From positions 99,386,001 through 99,450,000 of the forward strand of contig OX597822.1 of NCBI GenBank assembly GCA_951406725.2: 64,000 bases of DNA. The letters run 5' to 3'. Made by a program: the position numbers and the translations under genes. Of the stretch, positions 62,741-64,000 are shown in pieces; the stretch's first letter is position 1, and the number at the start of each line of letters is the position of its first letter. The DNA comes from Octopus vulgaris (taxonomy: Eukaryota). Below the pieces are notes generated by a model. It was given only the letters and a program-made list of their open reading frames with translations, did not search any database and had not been told where the DNA came from.

Positions 62741-63354
62741 TTTATTCTGGGGTGTGTGGCCCATTGCCTCTTACTCCTTCAACCATTTCAACTCCCTTTT
62801 TTCTTTTCTTTTTCTTTCTTATCTCTCTTTTTTTTTCTGTTTCTTAGAATTTAAATATTATAATTGTTTTGATTACAATAAAGGTTATGATGCATCTTAT
62901 TCATAATAGACATTGTCATCATAAGGTCTAATTTCCAATGCTTGCATGGGTCAGATGAAATTCACTGAAACAGATTTTCTACAAATGAATGCTCTTCCTG
63001 AAGCCAACCCTTGCCTGTTTCCAAGCAACCTAATATTTCTCCTTGGCATGACTTGCTTAAATGGAAGACTAGAAATGAAACGACACTGCTTATGATGGTG
63101 ACACTCATTTACAACCAATGCACAGTTTTAAGACAAGAAACACGAACACACACACACGTGCCTATTTGGCATTGTTGATTCAATGCCAATTTATTTGTTC
63201 CTCTTATTCTCTCCTCCCCACCTGTGTGTGTGTGTGTACACCAGTGCTTCCAGCACCAAAAAGTACTGTTGCCACAAAGGTTCAATATCTACTCAGCCAT
63301 GTCAATTCAACAGTTGCTACCCAATCATCCCATTCTGATGTGTGTGTGTAGAAA

Positions 63355-63512
63355 TAGACATGGATGCATAGTTAAGAAGCCTACTTTGCAACTACATGGT
63401 TCTAGGTTCAATCCTGCTGCATGGCACCCTAGGTAAGTGTCTTCTACTGTAGCCTCAGGCTGACCAAAGTCACTGGAGTGGATTTAGTTGACAGAAACTG
63501 AAAGGAGCCTTC

Positions 63513-63544
<32 letters not shown>

Positions 63545-63703
63545 ATTCATATAAATGTGTGTCTTTGTTGGTATGTCTACATCCCCATGACTTAGTGGTT
63601 TGGCAAAAGAGACTGATTGGGGTTGACTCATTCAACTAAATATTCTGCTTGGTGGTGCACCAGGATAACTGCAGTCTACTGACTGAAACAAGTAAGAGAT
63701 AAA
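63355..63703 (+). mobile_element. SINE family B, old copy
   Basis: Diverged head, (TG)n, tail type 1. Confidence 0.75.
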
Positions 63704-64000
63704 TCTACCAGACCAACCAATTAAAAATATAAATGCATGACTAGACATAGTATTTACCTAATGTATTGTATTTATCCTAAGATTTAAACCAAAACTCTAC
63801 TGTCGCAATCCAGCCTGGTCAATCAGTAATCATGTACATCCCACTTTAGCAATAATCCTTTATAACCCATTTTGGAAATAATCCTCTGCGATCCATATTG
63901 GAAAATTAATGAATTACCTACTCTGACCCATTTCAGCAAAATTAATTATCCTGTACGACCAGTTTTGGTAAATCCATAATCCTTTGTAACCCGTTTTTGA

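Noticed and set aside
63840-64000. Degenerate ~30-35-bp repeat at window end
   Set aside because: Too diverged and truncated to define a unit or assign meaning.

Overview
This is AT-rich, microsatellite-laden eukaryotic DNA. The SINE/RTE/MITE repertoire suggests an octopus or related cephalopod (inference). The host gene is a TRPM-family cation channel (TRPM1/3/6/7-like N-terminus) on the minus strand. Three in-phase coding exons are visible: 53745-53666, 44968-44803, and one starting at 12 that runs off the window. They splice to CQRAWIERVFCKRECIRFIPSSRDHSK-CCCGREEDRH...PTDAYGTIEFQGAPHPSKAQ-YVRL. About 99% of the window is intron, including one 44.8-kb intron. Retroelements include a CR1 LINE with an uninterrupted 963-codon ORF2, RTE LINE fragments, a CRE-type RLE fossil, three tRNA-derived SINE families and a probable solo LTR. 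DNA elements include mariner, maT (DD37D), Chapaev3, pogo/Tigger, piggyBac, hAT and Ginger-like elements plus Helitrons. The most unusual signals are a tRNA-headed element carrying a hammerhead-ribozyme core, repeat/spacer arrays in RTE 3' UTRs, and several strong hairpins or inverted repeats in the TRPM pre-mRNA. There are no prokaryotic features or CRISPR arrays. All family calls are by eye; no database search was run.
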